A stretch of DNA of 64,000 nt from Vicugna vicugna (lineage: Eukaryota). The stretch spans positions 372,001 through 436,000 of the forward strand of contig MU057640.1 of the NCBI GenBank assembly GCA_013265495.1. The letters run 5' to 3'. A program made the translations under genes and the position numbers. Shown one piece after another: positions 1-10,251 of this stretch (within the stretch, counting starts at the first letter, position 1; each line of letters opens with the position of its first letter). Under the pieces are notes generated by a model that searched no databases, was not told the origin of the DNA, and saw only the letters and a program-made list of their open reading frames with translations.

Positions 1-49
1 GTACAATAAAAAATAAACAGGATAGTGTGATAAGAAATGAGTAGGGTGC

Positions 50-475
50 TACTGTGGGTTGGTGATGTGTTGATTATTGTCTTTAAGCTCTCCCTCACCC
101 CATCCCCATCCTTCTTTGTCCTGGTCTGTGCATATGTACAAAATACATTATGCTGGCTCCTCTGCTGCCTGCTTTCTGATTGAATTCCACCAGTAGGAGA
201 CAGGTGGGTGGGAGGAGAGAGAATCCCTTGCCTGCTTTGGGATGTATTTTCTGGCAGTGGCCTCTCCTCTGATCCCAGATGGCCCCAGCTCTCATCAGGC
301 TCCAGAAATTCCGTTTCCTCCCCTTGTCCCTTCAAGGTCCCTGTGGTGATAGCTTCCTGTTGTTGCTAGTTCGTGGGTGCCCCCAGTGGTCTTGTCTCTC
401 TTTATCCTGCTTACACCTTAGTTAATAGTTCCTTCATTAAGGTCTCTTGAACCATCAAGTTGGATTCTGTTTCAG
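50..475 (+). mobile_element. ERVL LTR33-like solo LTR fragment
   Basis: 3' part ...GCTTCCTGTTGTTGCTAG...TTAATAGTTCCTTCATTAAGGTCTCTTGAACC...TCTGTTTC resembles the LTR33 end. Confidence 0.55.
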
Positions 476-598
476 GAAAGGCTTTGAGGAAATGACTTTG
501 TTTAAAAATTATTGTGTACTATTTTCTCAGGTCAATACGTACTCTTATACAATATGATTTTCAAAAACTCAGTTTGATCAGTTAAAAAAGGAGAACAT

Positions 599-742
599 GG
601 GAGAAGGGTATAGCTGAGTGGTGGAGTGCACGTGTAGCATGCATGAGGTCCTGGGTTCAGTCCCCAGCAGAGCACTTCCATTAAAAAAATAAATAAATAA
701 ACCTAATTACCTTCCCCCGCCAAAAAAAGAAAAAGAAAAAAA
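599..742 (+). mobile_element. Vic-1-type camelid tRNA-derived SINE
   Basis: GGGTATAGCTGAGTGGTGGAGTG...GAGGTCCTGGGTTCAGTCCCCAG (A and B boxes), AACCTAATTACC segment, A-rich tail, imperfect TSD AAAAAAGGA(G/A)AAC. Confidence 0.85.
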
Positions 743-1085
743 AAAAAAGGAAAACGTTAGCCAGGCTTGTCTTTCTGGAATTGTGCACAGAATGGATTCC
801 CTTCTTGTCCTGCCCCTGACCTGTGGGCTAAGAAAGTTGAGTTGTGCTTTCAAAGGGGTTGTATTTACCTTGTTGTGACTCTACCCTTCCCCTAATCCTG
901 GGCATCCAGAGTAGCCAAGAAATGCCATTTTTGGCCTCTTGATGGTACAGAGTGTAATTTATCCATCAGGCTTCTTCCTCAGCTGTGTGTTTCTCCAGTC
1001 TCCGCCCTCCTGGGAGGGGTCTCAGCAATTAGGAGTCAGTGGAGCCCTTTCTTGGACACATATCATTGCAGGAGCGTACTTTTTC

Positions 1086-1262
1086 TTTTTTTTTTTTAAT
1101 TATTTTTATTTTAAAAATTTGGTTTATTTTGGGGGGGGAGGAGATCATTAGGTTTATTTATTTATTCATTTATTATTATTTTTAATGGAAGTACCAGAAA
1201 TTGAACCCAGGACCTCATGCATGCTAAGCATGCACTCTACCACTGAGTTGTACCCTCCCCGC
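1086..1262 (-). mobile_element. Vic-1-type SINE
   Basis: Reverse-complement tRNA-like head and T-rich tail; TSD CAGGAGC(G/C)TACTTTTTC at 1069-1085 and 1263-1279. Confidence 0.88.
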
Positions 1263-2244
1263 CAGGAGCCTACTTTTTCTACCTTCTTTTATTACCGTGT
1301 CTACTGGGTGCCAAGAATTGTGGTTCCATTTGGAGGATTCTTCAAATAATAAAGTTTTCGTCCCCCTCTGCTAAATATTTGCAAGCCTGGGGGTCGTCCC
1401 AGGATGGTCTAGATTGGAGAGTGAGAAGGGGCTTACAGGAAGAGTACCTTGCTATAGCTTCCATAAACATCATCCATTTCCTCAGCAAGACTGAAGAACA
1501 TTAAAAGGATGTGCACTGTTTCCTGTGACTGGCTTTATGAGTGTCGACAGCTTTATAGACATAGGAAGCTATAGATGGAGAGAAGGAAAAAAATGTCCTG
1601 CAGTATAAGAACAGGAAAAGAAAAACTGAGGCATATAATTGTTCCAAATCATACTGCCTCCCTGGTTTCTTCTGCATTCAAATTTCTGTTGAACACTGAT
1701 AGGAGGATTGCCATTCGGGGACACGAGGAAGGGAATGGGGAGGAATTTGGCTTCAGTTTAGACTTAGGAAACTACAAAAGGACTTGAAGCAGCACTGAAT
1801 TCATCAAGAAACTCGTGTGTACGTGTGCCTGGGGAGGCTCTTAAAAAATCTAGTGGGAATGTGGTCCCTGATCCCAGGAGAGGACACAGGGACTGGGATC
1901 AGCCTTTCTGTTGTGTTTTCTGGAATCAGATTTGTAGACAGTCAAGTAAACCAAGACAGCTAAAGTTAAGGAACATTTGCAGCCCCAAATTGTGTTCCCT
2001 CTCCATCTCTCAGATGAATCAACACTGAAAGCTACATGCTCTCACAAAATTAATTTCTTCCTTGTTTTGTCCCAAATTTAACTACCAAGTCCTCTGTTAT
2101 ACATTAAAGGAGATAATTTGAGGTACTTTGACCCTGCCTTTCCAGGTTAGAGAAATATTACACTGTGGATAAACGTATTTGAAGGTGTTTTGTATTTGGA
2201 AGGAAGACACTTTATAAATAATGTTGCTTATTGTTAACCATCGT

Positions 2245-2475
2245 AGTCTAGAGTTTAAGACTGTGCTGTGGAGCCAGGTGGCCTGTGTTCAAATTCCTGT
2301 TCTTCACAATTTAGCTGTGGGACCTTGGGCACGTTACTTGACCCCTCTGAGCCTCAGTGTCCCTAAGCGAAAAGTGAGGGGCATACTCACCCCCATGTGA
2401 GGATTAAAGACATGTGGATTATGCAAAGCACTTAGAACAGTGCCTGACCCACCCGCAGTGAGCACTCGAGAACTC
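2245..2475 (+). mobile_element. MIR SINE
   Basis: GACCTTGGGCACGTTACTTGACCCCTCTGAGCCTCAGT...GAGGATTAAA...AAAGCACTTAGAACAGTGCCTG. Confidence 0.85.
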
Positions 2476-4733
2476 TGTGAAACCAAACCCCCAAAGTTGC
2501 TTTATAACCTTCTTTCACACAGTGGGAATCCCAGCAGCTTAGCTGTATCCTCTTGAGAGAGCAGGGAAGGTGAAGGAGAATTGCAAAGAGCGGTTTCCCA
2601 GGCATCTGTCTTCCCATTCTGAGGCATGGGTGTGATTTCCCTCCCTCTCTCTCCTCTGAAGAGGCGGCTTCTTCCCAAGAGGCTAAGTGTCAGCCTTGGG
2701 GGGATTTGCTGCAGAAGCTTTAGCCACTTCATTTCACAACGGCAGCTTCTGCAAAATAAGCTGCTCTTTCTATAAATGGCTTCCTCTCACTGCACCTTCG
2801 TGGACAGTGTCTAATGGTGGGGTTGGCTCATTTTCTGGAACCAAATAAACATTTGTTCCCACTAGCCCCATGGTGATAGTGCCACTAGTAATGAGCCGCC
2901 GCGTTGCCCATTGCTGCGGGAGCCATTAGGGAAGGCCTGATAGAGTTCTGTTTATTGCCAGGGGAGGTGTCAGAGGCAGAGAAAGCACAGATGGGCTTTC
3001 CGCCCCTGGCAGATCGTGCGGTGCAAGCAGCCAGAGCAATCATTCTTGTGCTTGTGAAGTCAGGATGTAAATTCCAAGAGGAATAAAAATGGGCAAGATA
3101 AAGGATTTGAGGTCTATGACTTAGAACCATTTTTCAGAAAGGTTTCTGAAATTTTGAGTAAGTTAAGGTAATATGGTGGTGCAATTGAAAGGACACTTCC
3201 TAAGAGGGTAGCAATTTGAGCAGTGCCCTATTAAGGAAGGAACTCTGAGCTGGTTTCCTTGTCTGAGTTTGCACTCTGTGGTGGAAGCCAACATTCTCTG
3301 GTGTTGGGTAATTATGCATTGTAGGTGCTGAGCCGTCGGGGAGATCTTCAGAATGACTAGGGTCCACTGCAGTGCAATATGCACCAAATAAATGTTGTGA
3401 CAAAATCCATTAGTCCCTTAACTATATGTAAGACCAAACCAGCCTCTGCAAATACACTGAGATTGTGCACAGCTTCAGTTGGTTGGCAGAGAATGCTGAA
3501 TTTATATGAACATGAGATTGCTACAGAAATAGACGCTTCTCAGAATTTCCTTAAAGCAGGTTAGACAATCCATCACAAAGCATTTGTAGGCTCTGAGGAT
3601 GATTTTGGCTAGATGGAGTGAGGTTTGCAGATAGACGAATGTCCTAGTCACTCCTCTTTGTGCAAAGCACCAGAAACCCAGTCAGGCTGGCACAAGCCAA
3701 AGTAGAATTTAGTGGAAGGATTTTGGGATATATTGTGGTATCTAAGAGGAGGTGGCAGTGGAATTAGGAACTGGAGTGTCAGGAACCTGTTGATTTCTCT
3801 CTGCCTCTTGAGAGCTACGTGAACTCTCATCTCTGCTTCTCTCTGCACACTGATTGCTCTCTTTGACACAAATCCCCTGCAGCCTCATGCCCACTCTGAT
3901 GAGCAGTAAAGTAAAATGTAAAAGGTCTAATAATGTTTTAGAAATAAGGAAATGTAACTAAAAAAAATTTAAGGAAAAGACACCTCTGCCAAAAAAATGT
4001 AGAATCTAGAATTCAAGGAAAATGAAGAAAGATTCATATTTTCTTGGCATCAATCGGTATCACCAGGAGGGAAGAAATATCCAGGGCCCCTGATTATAAC
4101 ATGACAGTGGAGGGACTGTCAGACCACCCTGAGTGATGTACCTGGCGGGAACGTGGGTGGAGCCAAGAGGGAGCAGAAGGAGGAGAGACTTTTATGTTGT
4201 ATAAATACTGAAATCAGGTCTGTGTTCTTGAAAACTTTTTGATTTCTGCAGGACTGTCCTGCTGACTCAGGTCTAGGCAATATGAGTAATAAATTGGACA
4301 CATCCTTGTACCCTCTCCTGTTTTCCTAGTTGGTAGTGCTACTAGGGAAAGCTGACCTGGAAAAGGTGGAAAATATCCTGTGGGAAAAGAGGTGAGATTT
4401 AGTCCAAAAGTCATTAAATAAGGCTAAGTAAGATAAATAGCCATGTGACTGGGGTGTCAGAGCCTGAGTGAGGCAAGGAGGGCACTTGCGCAGAAGAAGG
4501 GGTACAGTGGGGGCAGTGGTGGTCCAGTGCAGGTGTCAGAGTCTGAATAGGGTGAGGGGGGCTTATACAGGGTAGAGGGGTGTCAGTGATGTTAGTAGCA
4601 AGGTTAGCCCAGTGTAGGGGTACTGGAGCCTGAGTGGGGTAAGGAGGCTATATATTCTCAGCTGAGGATGGGGCAGTGTTGAGAGACCGGTTATATACTG
4701 GGGCAGGAGTGGGAGGGTGGGCAGGAATCGATC

Positions 4734-5363
4734 TGTATTAGTTTGCTTGGGCCATAACAAAATACAACAGACTGAGTAGCATTAAACAACAGAAACTTAT
4801 TTTCTCACAGTTCTGAAAGCTGGATGTCCAAGATCGAGGTGTTGGCAGGATTGGTTTCTCCTGAGGCCTCTCTCTTTAGCTTGCAGATGGCTACTCTCTC
4901 AGTGTCCTTATCTGGTCTTTCCTCTGTGCATGCATTCTTGGAGTTTCTCAGTGTCTCTCAAAGGTTTTGGGGGGTTTATTTTTATTTATTTTAATTTTTT
5001 AATTGGAGTATAGTCAGTTTACAATGTGTTAATTTCTGGTGTACAGCATAGGGATTCAGTTATACATGTATATATTCTTTTTCATATTCTTTTTCATTAT
5101 AGGCTATTATAAGATATTGAATATAGTTCTCTGTGCTATACAGTAGGACCTTGTTGTTTCACTCTTCAAATTTCTTCTTCTAATAAGGACCCCAGTTAGA
5201 TCGGATTAGGGCCCACCCTAAAATTAAAATTAGACCCTCATTTAAACTTAATCACGTCTTTAATGGCTTTTCTCCAAGTCCAGTCACATTCTGAGGTATA
5301 GGCTGGTTGGTGGTTAAGGCTTCAACTTATGAATTTACAGAGGACAAAATTTAGCCTATAACA
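4734..5363 (-). mobile_element. MaLR MLT1B/C-type solo LTR, interrupted by a short L1 3' end
   Basis: TGT...ACA termini, typical MLT1 motifs (TTCTCACAGTTCTG, TCCAAGATC, GGGCCCACCCTAA) and 5-bp TSD CGATC/TGATC. Confidence 0.85.
4975..5159 (-). mobile_element. Short 5'-truncated L1 3' end (artiodactyl type) inserted in the MLT1
   Basis: T-tail followed by AATTGGAGTATAGT...GGTGTACAGCATAGGGATTCAG...TGTGCTATACAGTAGGACCTTGTTG. Confidence 0.8.
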
Positions 5364-7196
5364 TGATCCAATAAACAAATATATTGAGAATAATGGGAGA
5401 TAGGGTCCTTACTGTTGGAGACAGGAACTATAAATATAGAAAGGTAGAAAACTAGATTAGAATTGAGATACTAAGGTGAAATCATGGTTTTCAAAATGTG
5501 TGGATAGATAGAAAACCAAAAACCAAATACAGATATAAATATGTGTGTATACATATGCATATACATATATTCCTTATCTCTGGCCACTGAGAGGGCCTAG
5601 AAGCAGCAACATCCTACTAGTGATAAGCACACTGAGATCTTGGTTCCTAAACACTGTTTTCTAGTACTAGTAAAAGGAGCCAGTTGTTGTTGTTGTTGTT
5701 TTAAAAATGCCTGATTCTAGGGTTAGGGCAGAGAAAGTCTAAGATGAGTCTGGAATATCCAGTTTGAAGGGACTTCTGCTGGCCAAATCTGGGGCTATTT
5801 TAGCATCAAAAAGGATGATGATAGTAATGGGCTCTAAACCACTGAATAAGTAGGAATCATTAAGTCCATACTGATATAACTAAGCAAATAAATAAGTGAA
5901 TAGGGGAGAAAACTTTTTTGAACAGTAGAATGCCAACAAATAAATGGAGGAGGGATGGTGGAGCTAGAAAATCACTATTTGATAGCCATATAGAAATAAT
6001 TCATTAAAGAAACATTAATGGATGCTGAAACTAGAAGGTGAAAGTTTGATGAGCTAAGGATACATACATAATTTCAAGGTATCTCCTAAAAAATACTTAC
6101 CAATTACAAAGTGGGAAAGAGTAATTTATACAGTGGAGAAACCCCACATATAGCATCTTAATCAAGTGATCAAAGCTAGTGTCACCTGTAATGATACAAA
6201 TCTAGATTGGGTACCATCTGAAAGTATTGCAGTGAGAAGGACCCAGCATCACTTTTGTGGTATTCCTACCCAAAACACATAATCTGAAACTAATCATGAG
6301 GAAACATCAGACAAACCCCTATTGAGGGACATTCCACAAAATAGCTGTCCTGTAATCTTCAAAAGCTTCAGGGTCATGAAAGACAAGGGAAGTCTGAGGA
6401 ACTATTCCAGGTTGAAGGAGACTGAAGAGATAATGACAATTTATTTCAACATGTCACCTGAAATGGATCTTCTAGTTTTCTAGAGGATATTATTGGAACA
6501 ATTAGCAAAACTTGAATAGATTTCTAGATTAGATGGTGATATAGTGTAATTTTAGTCTCCTGATTTTGATGCTTGTATTTTGGTTAAATATGGAGAATGT
6601 CTTTGTAAGAATCACACCACAAAATGTTTTAAGTATGATGGGGCATCCTGTCAGCAATTTATTTACAAATGGTCAGGAAAATGAGGTTCTTTGTCCTAGT
6701 TTTACAGATTTCTTTGCATTTAAAATTATTTCAAAGTTACAAAGTTATCTGGACCAAAAATAAACAAACAAACAAATAAATAAATAAAAATAGAGATATT
6801 TTATTGGCCAAAAAAACCCTGAAAGTTCACTATCAGCAAACCCTCTAAAGGAAATTCTAAAGCACTTTTTTTTTTTCAGGCAGAAGGAAAAAGATTTCAG
6901 ATAAAAGGTTTGAAATACATTAAAGAATAAAGAAAGGGATAAATAAATTGCTCATCTAGGAGAATACTGGCTGTAGAATTTCAGAGTAAAATACATGACA
7001 ATAATAACATATAAATTGGAGGGAGATGTGTGGAGTTAAATGTTCTCAAAATTTATTGAATTTTTTGGGAGGAAAGTTAGATGAATTGATTACATTAGAT
7101 TTTGATAAGTGATGGATGTGTACTATAATTTTTAATGTACATAGTAAAAGTAGACTAGAAAAATAATATAGAACTTCAGAGAGAGTGTAAGAAAAT

Positions 7197-7994
7197 GAGG
7201 CACTGATTAGTTCCCCATGGCCATGGGAAGCCCTTTAAGCTCCTAGGAATTTTAGATGTTGAAAACATTCCTTGTGCATGGGATTCGATCTTATATGGTT
7301 CATTAGGATCTGTTGTGGCTAGTCTTGTTAACTAGTAGAATTAGAAGGTCACGTGATGTTGGGGTAGAGGATATAGCTTGGTGACTTTAGATGCTGGTTC
7401 CATTGTAGGTGTAATTATGCAAAGCTAAAAATCTGAGAAAGAATTGCCAGAAACGGGATTAAAAATAAGGTTTTATATGAAAGTATCCACCTTGATACTG
7501 AAAAAAACAAACCAACGGCAGCGGCAGCAGCAACAGAGTGATCCCGAGCATAGAAAACCCAGATAAAACTCACATCGGTGTGAACAAAGCTGAGATCAAC
7601 TATAGAAGACACTTTATGTACCATAGGAAAGCTTTCAATCAAGTAAATAAAGTCTGTATAAGTTGTAAAAACAAAAAAAGCATGGCTTAAGATTAATAAA
7701 CAAATTACTACTAAGATATTTTTCATTTTTTCAAACTAGATCTTTGGAATCTGGTGTGTATTTTATGCTTATAGGATATCCCAATTCAGACAAGCCACAT
7801 TTCAAGTGCTTAATTGTCTCAAGTGGCCAGTGGCTACCACGTTGAACAGCACAGCTCTATGTAGCAGATTGTAAGCTTTCTAACCAGAGAAAATATCTAT
7901 GTAATCCATCTCTGTATCTGTAGCAACTAGCCCATGCCCGAGACATAGGAGATGCTCAATAAATGTTTTTGATGATTGGCAAAAAAAAAAAAAA
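7197..7994 (+). pseudogene. COX20: COX20 (FAM36A) processed pseudogene; CDS-homologous part about 7228-7537, plus 3'UTR and poly(A)
   Basis: Reads KPFKLLGILDVENIPCAWDSILYGSLGSVVASL / LTSRIRRSRDVGV / CWFHCRCNYAKLKI*ERIARNGIKNKVLYESIHLDTE...NGSGSSN, matching COX20. Intronless, frameshifted, with TGA at 7434. AATAAA at 7958-7963, poly(A) at 7981-7994, TSD AGTGTAAGAAAAT at 7184-7196 and 7995-8007. Confidence 0.93.
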
Positions 7995-8829
7995 AGTGTA
8001 AGAAAATAAATGATAAAAGATGCTCAGTCAGTCCAGGAGAAGGCAAGAAAGAGAGAAAAAGGAACTTAAAGCATATGAAACAAGAAGAAAGCACATAATA
8101 ATGTAATAGATTTTAATCCAAATATATCAGAATTTACATTAACTGTATCTGAACTAAGTGTTTCAGTTAAAAGACAGATTATCAGACTGGATAAAAAACA
8201 AAACAAAACCTAACTATCCACTATTTACAATATAAGGATATGAAAAATTTGAGAGTCAAAGGGGAGTAAAAATATACCATGTTAAATAGAAGAGAGAGTT
8301 TTTGGCTGTGTAACTATTGAACAACTTACATTTATTTTAAGGCAAAAAGCATAACTAGAAATACAATAGTCACTTCTTGATGACTACAGGTTCAGTTTAC
8401 CAGAGTGATGTGATAAATCTACTCTTGAATGTACAAAAATATATAAAACAAAATTAGACAGAACTAACAAGAAGGAACTAGCAAATCCATAATAAAGGGC
8501 TGTTTTAACATATGTCTGCCAATACATGATAGGACAAAGAGCTAGAAGTCAGGAAGTGCATGAAAGATTTGAACAATACTATTAGCAAACTTAATTTAAT
8601 GGTCATATCAGTATATACAACACTGCATCTAATAAATGCAGAATACAATTTCTTTTCAAGACTAAGTAATATTTACCAAACCTGGACATACAGTGGGCTA
8701 TAAAGCAATTCTTGACAAACTTCAAATGATCGAAATAATAATAAGTGTGTGTTTTGTGACCACAATGTAATTGTACTAGAAATCAATAACAAAAAGATAA
8801 CTAGAAAATAAATCCCCTTGTATATGACA

Positions 8830-9185
8830 GTTGTATTAGGTGTCTTAGGTTATCCTGCAAACAAACAACCTCAGACTCTCCTTGACTTACAACACACTTA
8901 TTTTTCATTCATGATCATTCATGTTCACTGCTGCAACTCTGCTCCAAGCTATGCGTTGACTTCAGGTCTGCTTTCTGTCTTTTTATTCTGGAATTTGGGC
9001 TGAGGGAGCAATCTCTTAAGTGGGACATGCCTTTTTTGTGTCAGAGGGCACTGGAGTGCAAAAGGCCTAGCTAGCCAAAGCACACAGTTGAATCTAAAAT
9101 CTCTGCTCCTAATATAGCATATACATAGCAAAGAAGCCACATGGTCAAATCCAAGATGAATGGGCATGTATCATCCTAGTACAGT
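8830..9185. mobile_element. MaLR MLT1 (I/J/K-like) LTR inserted in the L1
   Basis: CTTACAACAACACTTATTTTTCATTCATG...GCCACATGGTCAAATCCAAG motifs. Confidence 0.55.
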
Positions 9186-10185
9186 TTAGGAGGGAGTGAA
9201 TGAGCAAAATAATATATCGATGACTTAAATTAAGAAATCTGTTTCTATATAACCCATGGATCAAAGAAGAATCACTATGGACATTAGATTAAAAACTGAG
9301 TTAATAATTAAAAAACCCAACATATTAAAACCCTAGGATGCAGCTAAAGCAATTCTTAGAGGAAGTTACATACTTAAATGCATATATTAAAAATGAAGAA
9401 AGATTCAAAATTAATGGGATAAGCATCTCAAGAAGTGAGAAAAAGAATATAGAGGTCGTGTCTTAGGAGGGTGCTGGGTGGCTGGGGGACAGGAGTAGAA
9501 AGAATTATTTTTCACTGTATATCTTTTTTATCTTTAAAATTTCATACCATATGCACTTATAATTAATTTTTAGGAAGACACAGCATTGAATATGGCTTAT
9601 AATGCATCCATTTCTTGTATACATTTGGCTTGAGGGGCTTGAAAGGGAAAAGAGAAAGAGCAAAAAGAAATTAATTTAGGAATGAGAAGGAAAACATAAC
9701 TATAGTATAGAACATTAAGAGTAAAAGAATTCTGAGAGACTGTAACATACAACTCTATGGCAGCAAATTTGATGTCTTAGAGAAAATGGATTATTTCCTT
9801 TCAAAATATAAACAATCAAATTTCACCTAGGAAGAAATGAAAAACCAGGATAGATTACTTATCATAGGAGAAATCAGATGATTCAAAATCTCTGATTAAT
9901 TTAATCGGATTAATCTACCATTTAAAGATCTACTTTAAAAAAAGGGGGGGCCAGGTCAATTCAAAGCTGAATTTTATCTAACCTTTAAAGAATGGATGAT
10001 TTTGAAGTTATTTAAAATATTCCAAGCACTAGGAAGAAATAAAAAGCCTACATAATTTTACAACCCAAACTTGATAAAGGTAGTGTAAAAGTAGAGTTAT
10101 AGACCGATCTCACAAATGAATATATATATAAAGAAATTTAAAATAAAATATCAGCAATTAGAATCTAGCAAAAAGAACGTAGAAA

Positions 10186-10206
10186 TCTCTCTCTCTCTCT
10201 CTCTCT

Positions 10207-10247
<41 letters not shown>
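10186..10247. repeat. Compound (TC)n(CA)n microsatellite
   Basis: Directly visible in the sequence. Confidence 0.95.

Positions 10248-10251
<4 letters not shown>

Larger units (their letters stand above)
4050..6790 (+). mobile_element. Old L1MC/L1MD-type 3' region, interrupted by the MLT1
   Basis: Degenerate GGTGTCAGAGCCTGAG repeats, typical L1MC-type 3'UTR motifs (TTTATACAGTGGAGAAAC, CATCAGACAAACCC...TTGAGGGACATT) and an (AAAC/AAAT) tail at about 6760-6790. Confidence 0.65.

Noticed and set aside
599..680. tRNA-like sequences (also about 1190-1260, 41990-42060 and 52600-52670)
   Set aside because: They are SINE heads with A-rich tails and TSDs, not tRNA genes.
4450..4730. G-rich degenerate repeats GGTGTCAGAGCCTGAG
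   Set aside because: Best explained as the internally repetitive 3'UTR of an L1MC/MD-type element.
7415..7726. 103-aa hydrophobic minus-strand ORF
   Set aside because: It is the antisense reading of the A-rich COX20 pseudogene and its UTR.
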